This document shows, piece by piece, positions 1 through 9,764 of a stretch of DNA of 20,000 nucleotides. Positions within the stretch are counted from its first letter, which is position 1. Each line of letters starts with the position of its first letter. The stretch comes from Chiloscyllium plagiosum (lineage: Eukaryota): positions 17,524,645 through 17,544,644 of the forward strand of contig NC_057749.1 in the NCBI RefSeq assembly GCF_004010195.1. Direction: 5' to 3'. The translations under genes and the position numbers were made by a program. The notes beneath the pieces were generated by a model. The model was not told the DNA's origin and did not search any database. It saw only the letters and a program-made list of their open reading frames with translations.

Positions 1-591
1 GTTCCTGGGAACGATTTAGTTTTTCTGGTGGCTGGATGGTAATCTGTTGAAGTTTCCCACTTGCTTTTAACATCTGAGACCCAGTCGGGTGTTGACACGA
101 CATCATTTATCTGAAGTTAACTTTCCCACTCACACTAAAATTACATTCCTCGGTACAAAATCCAACCCTTAAAGGATCACAATCTGATTCTCAAACCTGT
201 GGAGACATGTTCATTTCCTGAGAAATACCTTTGTGTTATAAAGTCATACTTAACCACTTCTGCTTAGCAATATAATCACCCATTTCCAATCCTTCTCACT
301 ATCTCTGTCCATTTATTGACATCAGCATTTATGTTCTATCCTTTAATTTGTTTTTATTACAGGGAGACTTATTAAAAGGCTGAGTAGTGACACAGAGGGG
401 TGGGAAATAGAACCAACAGTAAATCATTAGATAGTGGCTAAATCCAAATCTAAGGCCACAAAAGCTGGTAACATCTGAGGAAGAGTTGTGTAGGTTTGAG
501 GTTCTGGGAAAGGAAGAGGAAGTGGAGGACATGGACTGATGGTTGCAATGCATAGAGAAGGGAAATAGTATCGAATATTATGTGGAGCCTG

Positions 592-1016
592 GTGTCCACT
601 CTAACGCAGCAGAAATGATCGTGCCCATCTCTCAGACAATCATACGATCAAGTCCTGCTCCAGAGACTGACTCTAGATTGACATCCCAACTCCACTGCAT
701 CCACAGAGACATCACCTGATGGATGGGATGTTAAACTGAACCCCACCTGACCTCTCAGGTGGATGGGAAAGACCCTGTGGTACCCTTTGTGGAATATCAA
801 GAGAGATCTTTCCAGTGATCCGAACAAAGTCTATCCCTCAACAAGGATCACTTAAACAGAGGATCTCACAATCACCATCACATTCCTGTTCATGGGATCT
901 TGCTGTATGCAAATTGACTAATCTTTTATTAGAAAAGTGACCACACTCTAAAAGCACCAGATTCGTTGCAGGGAGAGAGCTCCTGAACTTGTGAAAGAGA
1001 AGCAAGTCTTTTCTTT
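592..1016 (+). mobile_element. Old DeuSINE (SacSINE1-like) copy
   Basis: Deu-domain-like block GGATGGGATGTTAAACTGAACCCCACCTGACCTCTCAGGTGGATGGGAAAGACCCTGTGG, then TATCCCTCAAC...CATCACATTCCTGTTCATGGGATCTTGCTGTATGCAAATTG, and tail CCTGAACTTGTGAAAG...GCAAGTCTTTTCTTT. Recognised from recalled consensus; boundaries approximate. Confidence 0.75.
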
Positions 1017-1374
1017 AGGGCAATAGTGGAACTGAGAAAGTGTTGTTAAAGACATGTGAAAACTTGCAATGAAGAGCAGTCAAAGTGGCAGGCTGGGTTT
1101 GTAGGAAGAAATAAAGCTAGGATCCGAGTGTAATTTCAGATTCCTTTTCTTGTCTGCTTCAAAAAATTGTGAAAAAACTGTGAACACAAATTCACTTTGA
1201 ACATTATTCTCACCTGAATACATTGCCATGTCCTCCCTTGGCATATTCCAGTTTGTCAGTAGAATGCAGACTTTACATAGGAGATCTGACAAATCACATG
1301 GCCAGAAGCTCACCCATCGATGAATTCAAACTACTTTTTAACACCCAGTGGTAAAGTAAGTCCCACAGATAAGC

Positions 1375-1494
1375 AAGGGCTTTTGCCCGAAACGTCGATT
1401 TTACTGCTCCTCGGATGCTGCCTGAACTGCTGTGCTCTTCCAGCACCACTAATCCAGAATCTGGTTTCCAGCATCTGCAGTCATTGTTTTTACC
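1375..1494 (+). mobile_element. Short PLE 3'-terminal fragment starting at hammerhead stem II (CUGANGA core absent)
   Basis: AAGGGC-TTTT-GCCC-GAAACGTC...GGATGCTGCCTGAACTGCTGTGCTCTTCCAGCA...CCAGCATCTGCAGTC, homologous to the copies at 8269-8351, 11917-12011 and 12250-12365. Confidence 0.75.
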
Positions 1495-1599
1495 CCCAGA
1501 CATGTTCCTGACCCGCTCAGCCGTCTACGCACAACGTGAGAACCTGTGGTCAGTTAGCTCTGTGGATCTGTGTATGTAATGTGACAATGCTGTCACTTT

Positions 1600-2081
1600 G
1601 CAGAATTATATTTTATTTTGCTCAAAACATGCATAACCTACAGTCAATCCATGTCAGATTCTGTAAATCCCACTTTAGAAATAGAACTATTTCTGACTCA
1701 AGACAGGGACACAGACAGACTTTAACCTCACACCTTTAATACGTTGTCTGAGCTGTGATGCCCCTATTGTTAGAAAAACTGAAGTTATCTTGAGAATATG
1801 ACTTAAAAGGAGTTCTGGGATTTACATATTAATGAACTGACACTAGAAAAACCATTCTAAAAGATAAAAGACATAATCTAAGTTTGTTTGATGTATTTCA
1901 GTTGCATGACACTGTAACCCTTTGCTATAAATTCTGTATCCTATGGTCCTGCTCCACAACCACCTGATGAAGGGGCAGTGCTCCGAAAGCTAGTGCTTCC
2001 AAACAAACCTGTTGGATTATAGGCTGGTGTGTGTGATTTTTAACTTTGTTCACCCCAGTCCATCACCGTCTCATCTGAATC
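1600..2081 (+). mobile_element. PLE 3' UTR / pseudo-LTR fragment nested in the solo LTR
   Basis: 8-bp TSD GTCACTTT (1592-1599 and 2082-2089). Homologous, in reverse orientation, to the 3' UTR of the GIY-YIG-bearing element at 7927-9100. Contains a hammerhead motif. Confidence 0.8.
1961..1995 (+). ncRNA. Minimal type I hammerhead ribozyme motif (PLE-type), intact core
   Basis: CAC|CTGATGA|A|GGGGC-AGT-GCTCC|GAAA|GC|TA|GTG. Stem I CAC/GTG, stem II 5 bp (one G-U), helix III replaced by the palindrome AGCT. Predicted cleavage after A1992. Confidence 0.75.
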
Positions 2082-2401
2082 GTCACTTTAAGAGGTTATT
2101 TTGAAGAGAGGTTGTAAGGCAGAGGTGTTGAGCTGGCTACTGAAGACCACTTGAGTGGACAGCATATGAGGCCTTGGGTTTTTTTAATGCAGCCTGAATG
2201 GGGGTGGCCAGCTTTCTCAGATTAGGATTTCTTGGTTTTGGTTTTTCAGTAGCGTCAAAGCTATTGGAGTCTCAACGGAATTGGAAGCTTCAATGAAAGT
2301 CTCCTGGCTGCTATTCTCTCTGAATGTTCTCTTGCTGTTGTTTTCCCCCCTGGATGGGAGAATTGCATGTGAGAATCTGTGTCTGAATTTACCTTTTTGC
2401 C

Positions 2402-2500
2402 AAGGTTTCAGTCTTGTTGAACTCTGTTGCTTTTCCTATCTGACTGGGGTCAGTTTCACACTGATCACCTTGAGAAACCCTCTGAAGTTGGATATTGCTT
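2402..2500. repeat. 99-nt dispersed duplicate, copy A, followed by a 30-nt LINE RT fragment (2501-2530)
   Basis: 90/99 identical and ungapped to 3490-3588. Bases 2501-2530 translate HKFANDTTIV, resembling the KFADDTT RT motif. Confidence 0.85.
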
Positions 2501-2834
2501 CACAAGTTCGCTAATGACACCACCATAGTCAATGTTTATGGGGTGTTACTATACTGAAACGGTTAATTAGTGATAGATACTGTTTCTATTATTTGGTCAA
2601 GTTTTCCAGCAGTTGCTATTCTACATTCTATCTTTTGTCTGTATTTTAACCAGAGTGTTTAAATAAATTGTGTTTTGCTTTACATGGAATGGATTGACCA
2701 GTCACATCACATCTGGAATATACACCACACCAACTTTCAAAATAAGCAAAAGTTAGGGTCCAGGCTACCCACATAAATACTTTGAGGGGGGTCTGGCTTG
2801 GTCCAATACAGTAACCTGTCTCCTGAGGGTATGT

Positions 2835-3007
2835 CTTTGAGGAGAAAGTGAGGTCTGCAGATGCTGGAGATCAGAGATGGAAATGTGTTGCTGGAAAAGC
2901 GCAGCAGGTCAGGCAGCATCTAGGGAACAGGAGAATCGACGTTTCGGGCTAATCCTGTTCCCTAGATGCTGCCTGACCTGCTGCGCTTTTCCAGCAACAC
3001 ATTTCCA
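2835..3007. mobile_element. Palindromic short PLE-derived insertion
   Basis: Perfect 59-bp inverted arms 2874-2932 and 2953-3011 with a 20-nt spacer. Exact 16-bp TSD TCTCCTGAGGGTATGT (2819-2834 and 3008-3023). Confidence 0.9.
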
Positions 3008-3335
3008 TCTCCTGAGGGTATGTGTATGTCTCCTGTGATTCGTTTATTTCACTGTGGAACCAACAGGATCTGCAACTCGATTTCTCATGGCCATTTGGTC
3101 AGTTTTGACACTGTTTGGCTGATCAAACTATTAAACAAGCAGGGAAGGTGATGCCACAATCTCCACCAATAGGCAATCCTGACTGAAGTCGTGTTGAGAT
3201 TTCCTGTTAAGCAGTTCAGTGGGTCTGATACTGCAACATTGCACTGTCTGCAGCACATCCATTAACACTGAAACATCAGCAACAAATCCCACCCTTGGAC
3301 AAGGCACTATATCTGTGCAATAGAGCTGGTAATAT

Positions 3336-3434
3336 AGAGCTTTGACAAAGGGTCAGTTAGACATGAAACGTCAGCTCTTTTCTCTCCTTACAGATGCTGG
3401 CAGACCTGCTGAGATTTTCCAGCATTTTCTCTTT
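3336..3434 (+). mobile_element. Short PLE 3' fragment with a decayed hammerhead
   Basis: 9-bp TSD TGGTAATAT (3327-3335 and 3435-3443). AGAGCT|TTGACAA|A|GGGTC-AGTTA-GACAT|GAAA|CG|TC|AGCTCT has a 6-bp stem I and two substitutions in the core. Confidence 0.75.
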
Positions 3435-3489
3435 TGGTAATATCCTAATTGGATTATAGACTCATGTTTGTCTATCATCTTTTCTGTCA

Positions 3490-3588
3490 AAGGTTTCAGT
3501 CTTATTGTGCTCTGGTGCATTTCCTATCTGATTGGGGTCAGTTTCACACTTATCACCTTGAGAAACCCCCGGAAGTTGGATATTGCTT
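3490..3588. repeat. 99-nt dispersed duplicate, copy B, directly abutting the 5' end of the Rex1-like LINE
   Basis: 90/99 identical to 2402-2500. Confidence 0.85.
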
Positions 3589-4358
3589 GGAAAAAGGACC
3601 TGGAAAAATGGTGCACTGAGAACAACCTAGCTCTCAATGCCGGCAAAACCAAGGAACCCTCATTATTGACTTTGGCGTGATGTTACTCATGCTCTCCCTA
3701 CACATTAACAGCACAGAGATGGAACAAGTGCAGAGTGTCAAGCTCCTGGGAGTGGTCATCCACAACAAGCTTTCTTGGACTCTTCATGTGGCTGCATTGG
3801 TTACAAAGGCTCAACAACGTCTCTTCTTCCTCAGGCAGCTGAGGAAATTTGGCATGACGGTGAATCCCCTTGCCAACTTTTAAAGGTGCACCATCGAGAA
3901 CATTCTGTCTGGATGCATCACTACCTGGTATGGCATCTGTACCACTCAAGATCGGAGACAGTTACAGAGAGTGGTGAACTCGGCTCGGACATTACAAAGG
4001 CCAACCTCCCATCTATAGAATCCATCTACCAGGCCCGCTGTCAAGGAAAGGCCCTGGGCATTCTCAAAGATCCACCCCACCCTGGCAATGTTTTTCTACA
4101 ACCTCTACCATCGGGGAGAAGGTACAGAAGCCTGAACACAGTCAGATATAGTTTCTACTCCACTGTTGTTAGAATACTGAATGGACTCTCAAACTCTTAA
4201 CATTCGCCTGTCCCTGTGTTTTTGTTTTTGCCGCTGTTTACCTATTTATTTACTATCTATGCTTCTTTGCGATCTGTCTGTATTGCTCACAAGACAAAGC
4301 TTTTCACTGTGTCTCAGTACACGTGACAATAAATTCAATTCAATTCAATTCAGTTCAA
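3589..4358 (+). mobile_element. 5'-truncated Rex1/Babar-like LINE (RT thumb plus DUF1891-like C-terminus), pseudogenised
   Basis: Across frameshifts and a stop it reads KDLEKWCTENNLALNAGKTKE / EQVQSVKLLGVVIHNKLSWTLH..KAQQRLFFLRQLRKFG / LPSIESIYQARCQGKALGILKDPPHPGNVFLQPLPSGRRYRSL. It ends in AATAAA plus a (TTCAA)n tail. Confidence 0.85.
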
Positions 4359-4524
4359 CTATTTGCAGCTTCCCAGGCTCTGGGTAAATTCTTCCGTTGG
4401 GGTAAAATTTGCTGAGGACAACGGTTTGTGCTGTGGACAGGGGGGGGATTGTGTAGCAGAACATCACAAAAAGGAGGTAACCTCCCATCACAAACTACAT
4501 AGACCACGTGTTTCCAAGCCTTTT

Positions 4525-4840
4525 GGGGCGGCACGGTGGCTCAGTGGTTAGCACTGCTGCCTCACAACACCAAGGACCCGGGTTCAATTCCTGCCTCGGG
4601 CAACTGTCTGTGTGGAGTTTACACATTCTCCCCGTGTCTGGGATGCTCCGGTTTCCTCCCACAGTCCAAAGCTGTGCAGGTCAGGTGAATTGGCCATGCT
4701 AAATTGCCCCTAGTGTAAGGTGCATTAGTCAGTGGTGAATGTAGGGGGGTGGGTTGCTCTTCAGAGGGTTGGTGTGGACTTGTTGGGCCGAAGGGCCTGT
4801 TTCCACGCTGTAGGTAATCTCATCTAATCTAATCTCTAAT
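4525..4840 (+). mobile_element. HE1-type V-SINE (tRNA-derived), near full length
   Basis: A box TGGCTCAGTGG, B box GGTTCAATTCC, V-domain (TGTGTGGAGTTTACACATTCTCCCCGTGTCTG...CTCCGGTTTCCTCCCACAGTCCAAAG), CR1-like tail GAAGGGCCTGTTTCC and (TAATC)n end. Possible TSD CTTTT (4520-4524 and 4841-4845). Confidence 0.92.
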
Positions 4841-5254
4841 CTTTTCACACAAGGACAGTCCCAGTGAGGAACAAACTGCCTAAGGAATAATCCCAGCCCA
4901 TCATTGGAACCCTTCAAGACTGGGCATGCAGAGGTTGGGCTGTGTTTTGGCAATATTTCCATGGCTTTCATCTGCTGAAGATTTTTCAGATTGTGTGCCT
5001 TTATCTTGGGCTATTCTGCCACTTCACAGCGAATGAGGGAATGACTCTTTGAAAAGGCACTGCCTTCATCTGCTCAGGTATGGGAGTCAAGTCCTACAGA
5101 TCGAATGGATGGTCTCTGCTAGCTATTTCAAAATGGCTGCAACGTGATGAAACGGGCTGGGTTTGGGGCTGGGGGTGATGGTGGGGTACAGCTGATTGTG
5201 GTAATGAGCCCCTGTGCTATCCTCTTGTTAGGAAGATATAATGCATGGAGTGTC

Positions 5255-5490
5255 TGTGTTCATGAATGGATCCGAGACCCTGGGTTCACACCTCTCACGG
5301 CAGTTTGAGAATTTCAGCTCAGTTTAATAAAGCTGGAAATAAAAAGAATGCAATATGAGTAAAAGTGACTGTAAAACTGTCAAAAAAACCCATAAAAATT
5401 TCAAAAAGTGACCACAAAACTGTCAGACTGTTGTTAGAAAATAAACCTGCTTAATCTGGTCTGGAGATACATCATTCACAATCATTGAGT
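5255..5490 (+). mobile_element. Highly decayed tRNA-derived SINE, related to 17630-17950
   Basis: CTGGGTTCACACCTCTCACGGCAGTTTGAGAATTT...AATAAAGCTGGAAATAAAAAG...AAAGTGACCACAAAACTGTCAGACTGTTG resembles the head and body of that family. Confidence 0.5.
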
Positions 5491-6100
5491 TTTGAGTCAG
5501 TTAATATTAGCCTCTTTAATATGAATGCACTGAATTTTGAGACTTGTATAAATGACTGTGTGTCTTGCTTTGTACATACTGACTGACTGAGCTGCCTGCT
5601 GTGGTGGGCTCCTCTTCCCCATTGTATTGGTCCTGAGTCCAGTGGTACCTATTGGCCTCAAATCTGCGTCAGAACCTCACCAGAAATTGGGCAGGAGTTA
5701 GTTTTGTCAAGTGTCGTAGTGAGTGTCTCTCTCTGGGGCCTGGTGAGTTTTCTATGTAATTGTTCCAAACTCAATCATTAACTATGCCACACGCCTCATG
5801 ACCCATGCCCTATGATGCTCCCGCCCACCCATCCAATGGACATCTGGTCTTCTGACCACCCACCTCCCCCCACAATCACCCCGCACCCAACCCTGTACTC
5901 GCTGAAACCAGATGTATTCCCACCTTCCGAGAGGGAATGCTCAATGCTCAATGCCCAGGGGGAAGTGGCAAATAAGGGAATGTCTGTGCCCCACTTTACA
6001 CACAGGGACCTGGAGGTCATGTTGGGCACTCAGATATGGAGGAGGCTCATTCTCATCCTACCCTCCAGGACTGACAGAGGAGACCATGACAGCACCCCCT

Positions 6101-6310
6101 GCCAGCCTGGGTCAGAGGTTGGCAGCTTGGGTCAGAGGTTGCCAGTCTGGGTCAAAGGTTACCAGCCTGGATCAAAGGTTGCCAGCCTGGGTCAGGGATT
6201 GGCAGCCTGGGTCAGAGGTTGCCAGCCTGGGTCGGAGGTTGGCAGCCTGGGTCAGAGGTTGCTAGTCTGGTTCAAAGGTTACCAATCTGGATCAGGGGTT
6301 GGCAGTGTGG
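6101..6310. repeat. 20-bp minisatellite, about 10.5 copies (GCCAGCCTGGGTCAGAGGTT)
   Basis: Exact 20-bp periodicity visible from 6101. Confidence 0.95.
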
Positions 6311-7064
6311 GCAGTATGATCTCCGGTATCTGGATGAATGGCCACCACTCAGGATGAGAATTCTCTGTGCTCTTCAATGACCTGCTCCTCCACCAGGGTA
6401 AGTGCAGCCACCTTTTCTCCAATAACTCACCCTGTCTCCATCTCTGCTCCTGTACCCACCTCCCACCAAGGCCCAGGCTTACCCCCCTCACCATTGCCAG
6501 CACCATCTTCCCTTGCTTACTGTCACTGTGCCCCCACACACACCACTACCCCTGCATGTCCTCTCTGCCCTGCCTACTCCCTCCCCTCCCCCTGCTTCCT
6601 CTCCTTTCCTAGTGGGGAGCAGCTGAGCTCCCAGTGGGACAGGACAAGTGAGATTGTTGGTGGTGTCTCTGACATTCTGCTCCCCAATGCAGACAGCACT
6701 GGCCTGGACTGACATTGGAGGCTGTTGGTAACTCTGTCCCAGGAGCCACTGACTGAAGCCTGGTGCCCTTGGCTTGGTTTAGGATCACTCCCTGAGCCCT
6801 GGCTCCCTGTTTGCTGCTCCCGTGGGGGGTTTGCTGTGGGAGTGGGGGACAGTGATGTGGCACACTGCCGGATTGAAAGGTGCCCACCCCCTGAGCTGGT
6901 GATCACTGACCAGCTTAACCAGCTGCCTGGGTCTGTGTCTGTGTCTGTGTCACACTACACAGCCACGGGGAAGGGGGCTGTCAGTCTGTTAGCTCTGGCT
7001 GAGGGAGGGAGGTGTGGGAAGGTGAAGAAAGGTGAAGGAGGGATGCTGTAGGAGTCTGAGTAGG

Positions 7065-7295
7065 TTCAGGGTGAGAGAGGGAGGGAGGGTGTGAGGGAGT
7101 GTGAGAGGGAGTGAGGGAGTGTGTAAGGGTGGGAGTGGGTGTGAGAGAGGGATTGAGTGAGGGAGGGAGTGGGTGTGTGAGGGGGGATTGGGTGTGTGAG
7201 GGAGGGATTGGGTGTGTGTTGAGGGAGTGGGTAGGTGTGTGAGTGAGGGAGGGAGTGGGAGAGTGAGTGAGGGATTGAGTGAGTGAGTGAGTGCT
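7065..7295. repeat. G/A/T low-complexity tract (GAGT/GAGG/GTGT cryptic repeat)
   Basis: Essentially C-free on the + strand, with recurring GTGTGAGGGAGGGATTGG-like words. Confidence 0.9.
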
Positions 7296-8144
7296 GAAAG
7301 AGCAGGTGAGGAGCAGTGAGATGCAACCTGGTCCAATCCAGGAGCTGATGTGACTCTGTGTGCAGTGTTCCTATAGCAGCACTCCGAGAAAGGCAGGGCC
7401 ACATGGAGAGTGAGTGAGGGAGTGGGCAGGAAGGGGATTGTGACGTGTTCCTGATGATGTAGTGAGGCTGCTCTGAGCTGGATGCCAATGCCCGTGAACA
7501 TGGGGTATGAACGATGCCCACATTCCCCACTCCCTTCATGGGGTATGTCCTGAGACGTTGGTGTTAGGTGTCCAAGGTAGAGAGAGCTGGAGGAGCGGGC
7601 AGTGAGTAGGAGTCACTGGGTAAGCTGCTCAGACTTCCACATCAGGAATTCTGAGAGTCTGGTTTCTCTCCAGGGTGGGAGAATGGGAAGGTGCATTAGC
7701 GTGAAGTAAGATTAATTAATAATGAGAGTAACAGTCAGTGATTAATCCCCATTAATTGACTCTCACCTACTGAAAATCCTGTCTGTGGGAGTTGGTTGAA
7801 AAATGCAAGGTTCCAGTCACAATGTTGAGAAAGACCTCATTGGGCACCATGCCTGATTTTCCCACATCATTTGGGAGGTTGGGAAGTTGGAATGTTATTC
7901 ACCAGAAGAGCTACAGATATTCCTGACTTAAAAATCACGCAACACAGGTTATAGTCCAACAGCTTTGTTTGGAAGCACTAGCTTTCGGAGCGCTGCTCCA
8001 TCAGGTGATTGTGGAGAATAAGATTGTAAGACACAGAATTTATAGCAAATATTTACGGTGTGATGCAACTGAAATCATACATTGAAAAAGACCCGGATTG
8101 TTTGTTAAGTCTCTCATCTTTTAAATTGGGCATGTTGGTTTCAG

Positions 8145-8349
8145 GAGAAAGTGAGGTCTGCAGATGCTGGAGATCAAAGTTGAAACTTTATTGCTGGAAC
8201 AGCACAGCAGGTCAGGCAGCATCCAGGGAACAGGAGATTCGACGTTTCGGGCACAGGCCCTTCCTGAAGAAGGGCCTGTGCCCGAAACGTCGAATCTCCT
8301 GTTCCCTGGATGCTGCCTGACCTGCTGTGCTGTTCCAGCAATAAAGTTT
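8145..8349. mobile_element. Young palindromic PLE-derived insertion nested inside another PLE
   Basis: Perfect 83-bp inverted arms 8181-8263 and 8269-8351 with a 5-nt loop. Exact 14-bp TSD CATGTTGGTTTCAG (8131-8144 and 8350-8363). Confidence 0.93.
8261..8294 (+). ncRNA. Minimal type I hammerhead ribozyme motif, intact core
   Basis: TTC|CTGAAGA|A|GGGC-CTGT-GCCC|GAAA|CG|TC|GAA. Stem I TTC/GAA, with the palindrome ACGT in place of helix III. Predicted cleavage after C8291. Confidence 0.75.
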
Positions 8350-8611
8350 CATGTTGGTTTCAGTCCTTTCATATGTAAATCGCAGAACTTTCTTAAAGTT
8401 ACATTCTCAAGTGAACTTTAACAATAGGTGCCATGTCGGCCCAGATAATGCATTGAAGGTGTGAGGTGCCCTGTGTGAGGCTGTCAGTGCCCCAATGTTC
8501 AGACTGATCTTATTTCTAAAAAAAAGGGATTTACAGAATCTTACATGGATTCATGCAGTTTCTGAGCAAAATAAAATGTAATTCTGCAAGTACAAATTCA
8601 CCCCACAAACT

Positions 8612-8802
8612 TATGTGTGTGTGTGTGTGTGTGTGCATGTGTGGATGTGTGTATAAAATGGTATAAGTCTGTGAGAGGGTGCGTGTGGGGGTATGGGTCT
8701 GAGTGTGGGGGATGTGTGTGTGTGAGCATATGAGAGAGAGAGGGTCCACGTAAGTGTATGGGTCTGTAGGTGTGTGTGCGCGCGTCTGCGTGTGTGTGTG
8801 TA
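8612..8802. repeat. (TG)n-rich compound microsatellite in the PLE 3' UTR
   Basis: Several TG runs and a short GA run. Confidence 0.9.
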
Positions 8803-8815
8803 TAGTGCAGTGGGG

Positions 8816-9083
8816 TCACCTGTAGTATGACATGAACCGAAGGTCCCGGTTGAAGCCATCCCCATGGGTACTGAATTTGCCTATCAGCCTCTATTCGGCC
8901 ACTCTGTTGTTTTCTGTCCCAAAGTCTGCCTCGGAGGACGGTCACCCAAAGATGTGAGGTTGAATGTCCCGGACTGCTAAAGTGTTCTCTGACTGGGAGG
9001 GAACACTCCTGTCTGTTGATTGTTGTGTGGTGCCCATTCATCTGTTACTGTAGCCTCTGCTCGGTCTCACCAATGTACCTTGC
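8816..9083 (-). pseudogene. C-terminal GIY-YIG endonuclease remnant of the PLE ORF
   Basis: YIGETEQRLQ*QMNGHHTTINRQECSLPVREHFSSPGHSTSHLWVTVL, a frameshift, then RVAE*RLIGKFSTHGDGFNRDLRFMSYYR*. YIG at 9069-9077, a GFN variant of the terminal GLN motif, and two internal stops. Confidence 0.88.
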
Positions 9084-9764
9084 TGAGAGCATCTTGCCTG
9101 CAGATATTCCTGAGAATGTTACCCTGCACTTTCAGCTTCATGCCAGTAGATGGTGGGCTTGCTCCACAATGACGAGAATTCTCATTAATCCCCATCTCCC
9201 ACATGGACCCAGGAAAAGCAAACAGTCCCTTCACTTTGACTTTTGCTTGTTTCTCTGTATGTATCTTTGTCCCGTTATAATAGGATAATTTGAATTGTTG
9301 TCCAGGATCCTTCTCTTCCATCCTATAAACTGAAGTCACTGTTTTTGATTCAGTCCCTTTCCCAGTTCAAACAGCCCTTCCTAATCCTAACCTGATACAT
9401 GAGGTTGGTGCAGGTTGTGTTTGTGTTTGGATTTCCCTGTTCCTGCGAACCATTCCAGTGACCGTGGTTGATGTGTTGTACTCCCAGGATGTTGATCGCT
9501 CAGAGGTGCCCCCCTCCCTGCAACTAGCAACGTTGAGAAATGGAATTATCCAGGTCACTTCCAAACAGCTGCACTGGGAGTCCACCTCAGCAGCTACCCC
9601 TGTCAGTGTAATGATGTTGTCAGACCGAGCTCCCCCGTGTTCCTGTGAAGTTACAGTGAGACGGAGGAAGATGAAAGAATGACTTTCAGAAAGCAGAGAA
9701 GCAGTACAGTCAGACAGGCAGGGTTTTGTAATGCAACGTTGGTAGTGTTGTCACATTGAGGGGG

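Larger units (their letters stand above)
1580..2810 (+). mobile_element. Solo LTR (Gypsy-type likely), interrupted by a PLE fragment and a ~130-nt insert
   Basis: Starts TGTGA at 1580 and ends TACA at 2810. Flanked by an exact 4-bp TSD GTAA (1576-1579 and 2811-2814). AATAAA near 2662. Confidence 0.7.
5660..7900 (+). mobile_element. Decayed PIF/Harbinger-like DNA transposon with Myb/SANT-like gene remnants (ends uncertain)
   Basis: Remnant peptides KGMSVPHFTHRDLEVML (~5974-6024), PAW..EV (seed of the 20-bp repeat), FNDLL followed by the donor GGTAAG (~6373-6401), and a second block EIVGGVSDILLP (~6650-6685). This layout resembles Harbinger Myb/SANT ORFs. No TIRs confirmed. Confidence 0.4.
7927..9100 (-). 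mobile_element. 5'-truncated Penelope-like retroelement (GIY-YIG end, CA-rich 3' UTR, hammerhead remnant)
   Basis: Exact 13-bp TSD CAGATATTCCTGA (7914-7926 and 9101-9113). GIY-YIG coding remnant at 8816-9083. The hammerhead at 7976-8007 (-) lacks 3 nt at the core (CTGAT---GGAGCAGCGCTCCGAAAGCTA). Confidence 0.9.

Noticed and set aside
2737..3151. Divergent ORF pair sharing the N-terminus MLPDLLRFSSNTFPS
   Set aside because: A simple consequence of the 59-bp inverted repeat of the PLE palindrome.
3460..3588. H/ACA snoRNA on the minus strand
   Set aside because: One hairpin and an ANANNA-like word are present, but I see no convincing second hairpin before an ACA box.
3775..4200. ALKBH8-like host gene (DUF1891)
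   Set aside because: It is a frameshifted LINE remnant with upstream RT motifs and a microsatellite tail.
4525..4600. tRNA gene
   Set aside because: The A and B boxes belong to the HE1 SINE head and run directly into the V-domain.
6101..6310. CRISPR-like array
   Set aside because: The units are contiguous with no unique spacers, the context is vertebrate, and there are no cas genes. The same applies to 14282-14347 and 16165-16245.
5812..6357. Longest ORF (181 aa) as a host gene
   Set aside because: Its length comes from a stop-free 20-bp minisatellite whose period is not a multiple of 3, and the flanks look like decayed transposon sequence.
6989..7539. 170-aa and 157-aa His/Pro/Ser/Leu-rich ORFs
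   Set aside because: Artefacts of the low-complexity tract.
8181..8351. Rho-independent terminator or canonical pre-miRNA
   Set aside because: Eukaryotic context, TE origin with a TSD, and a perfect stem much longer than typical miRNA precursors.
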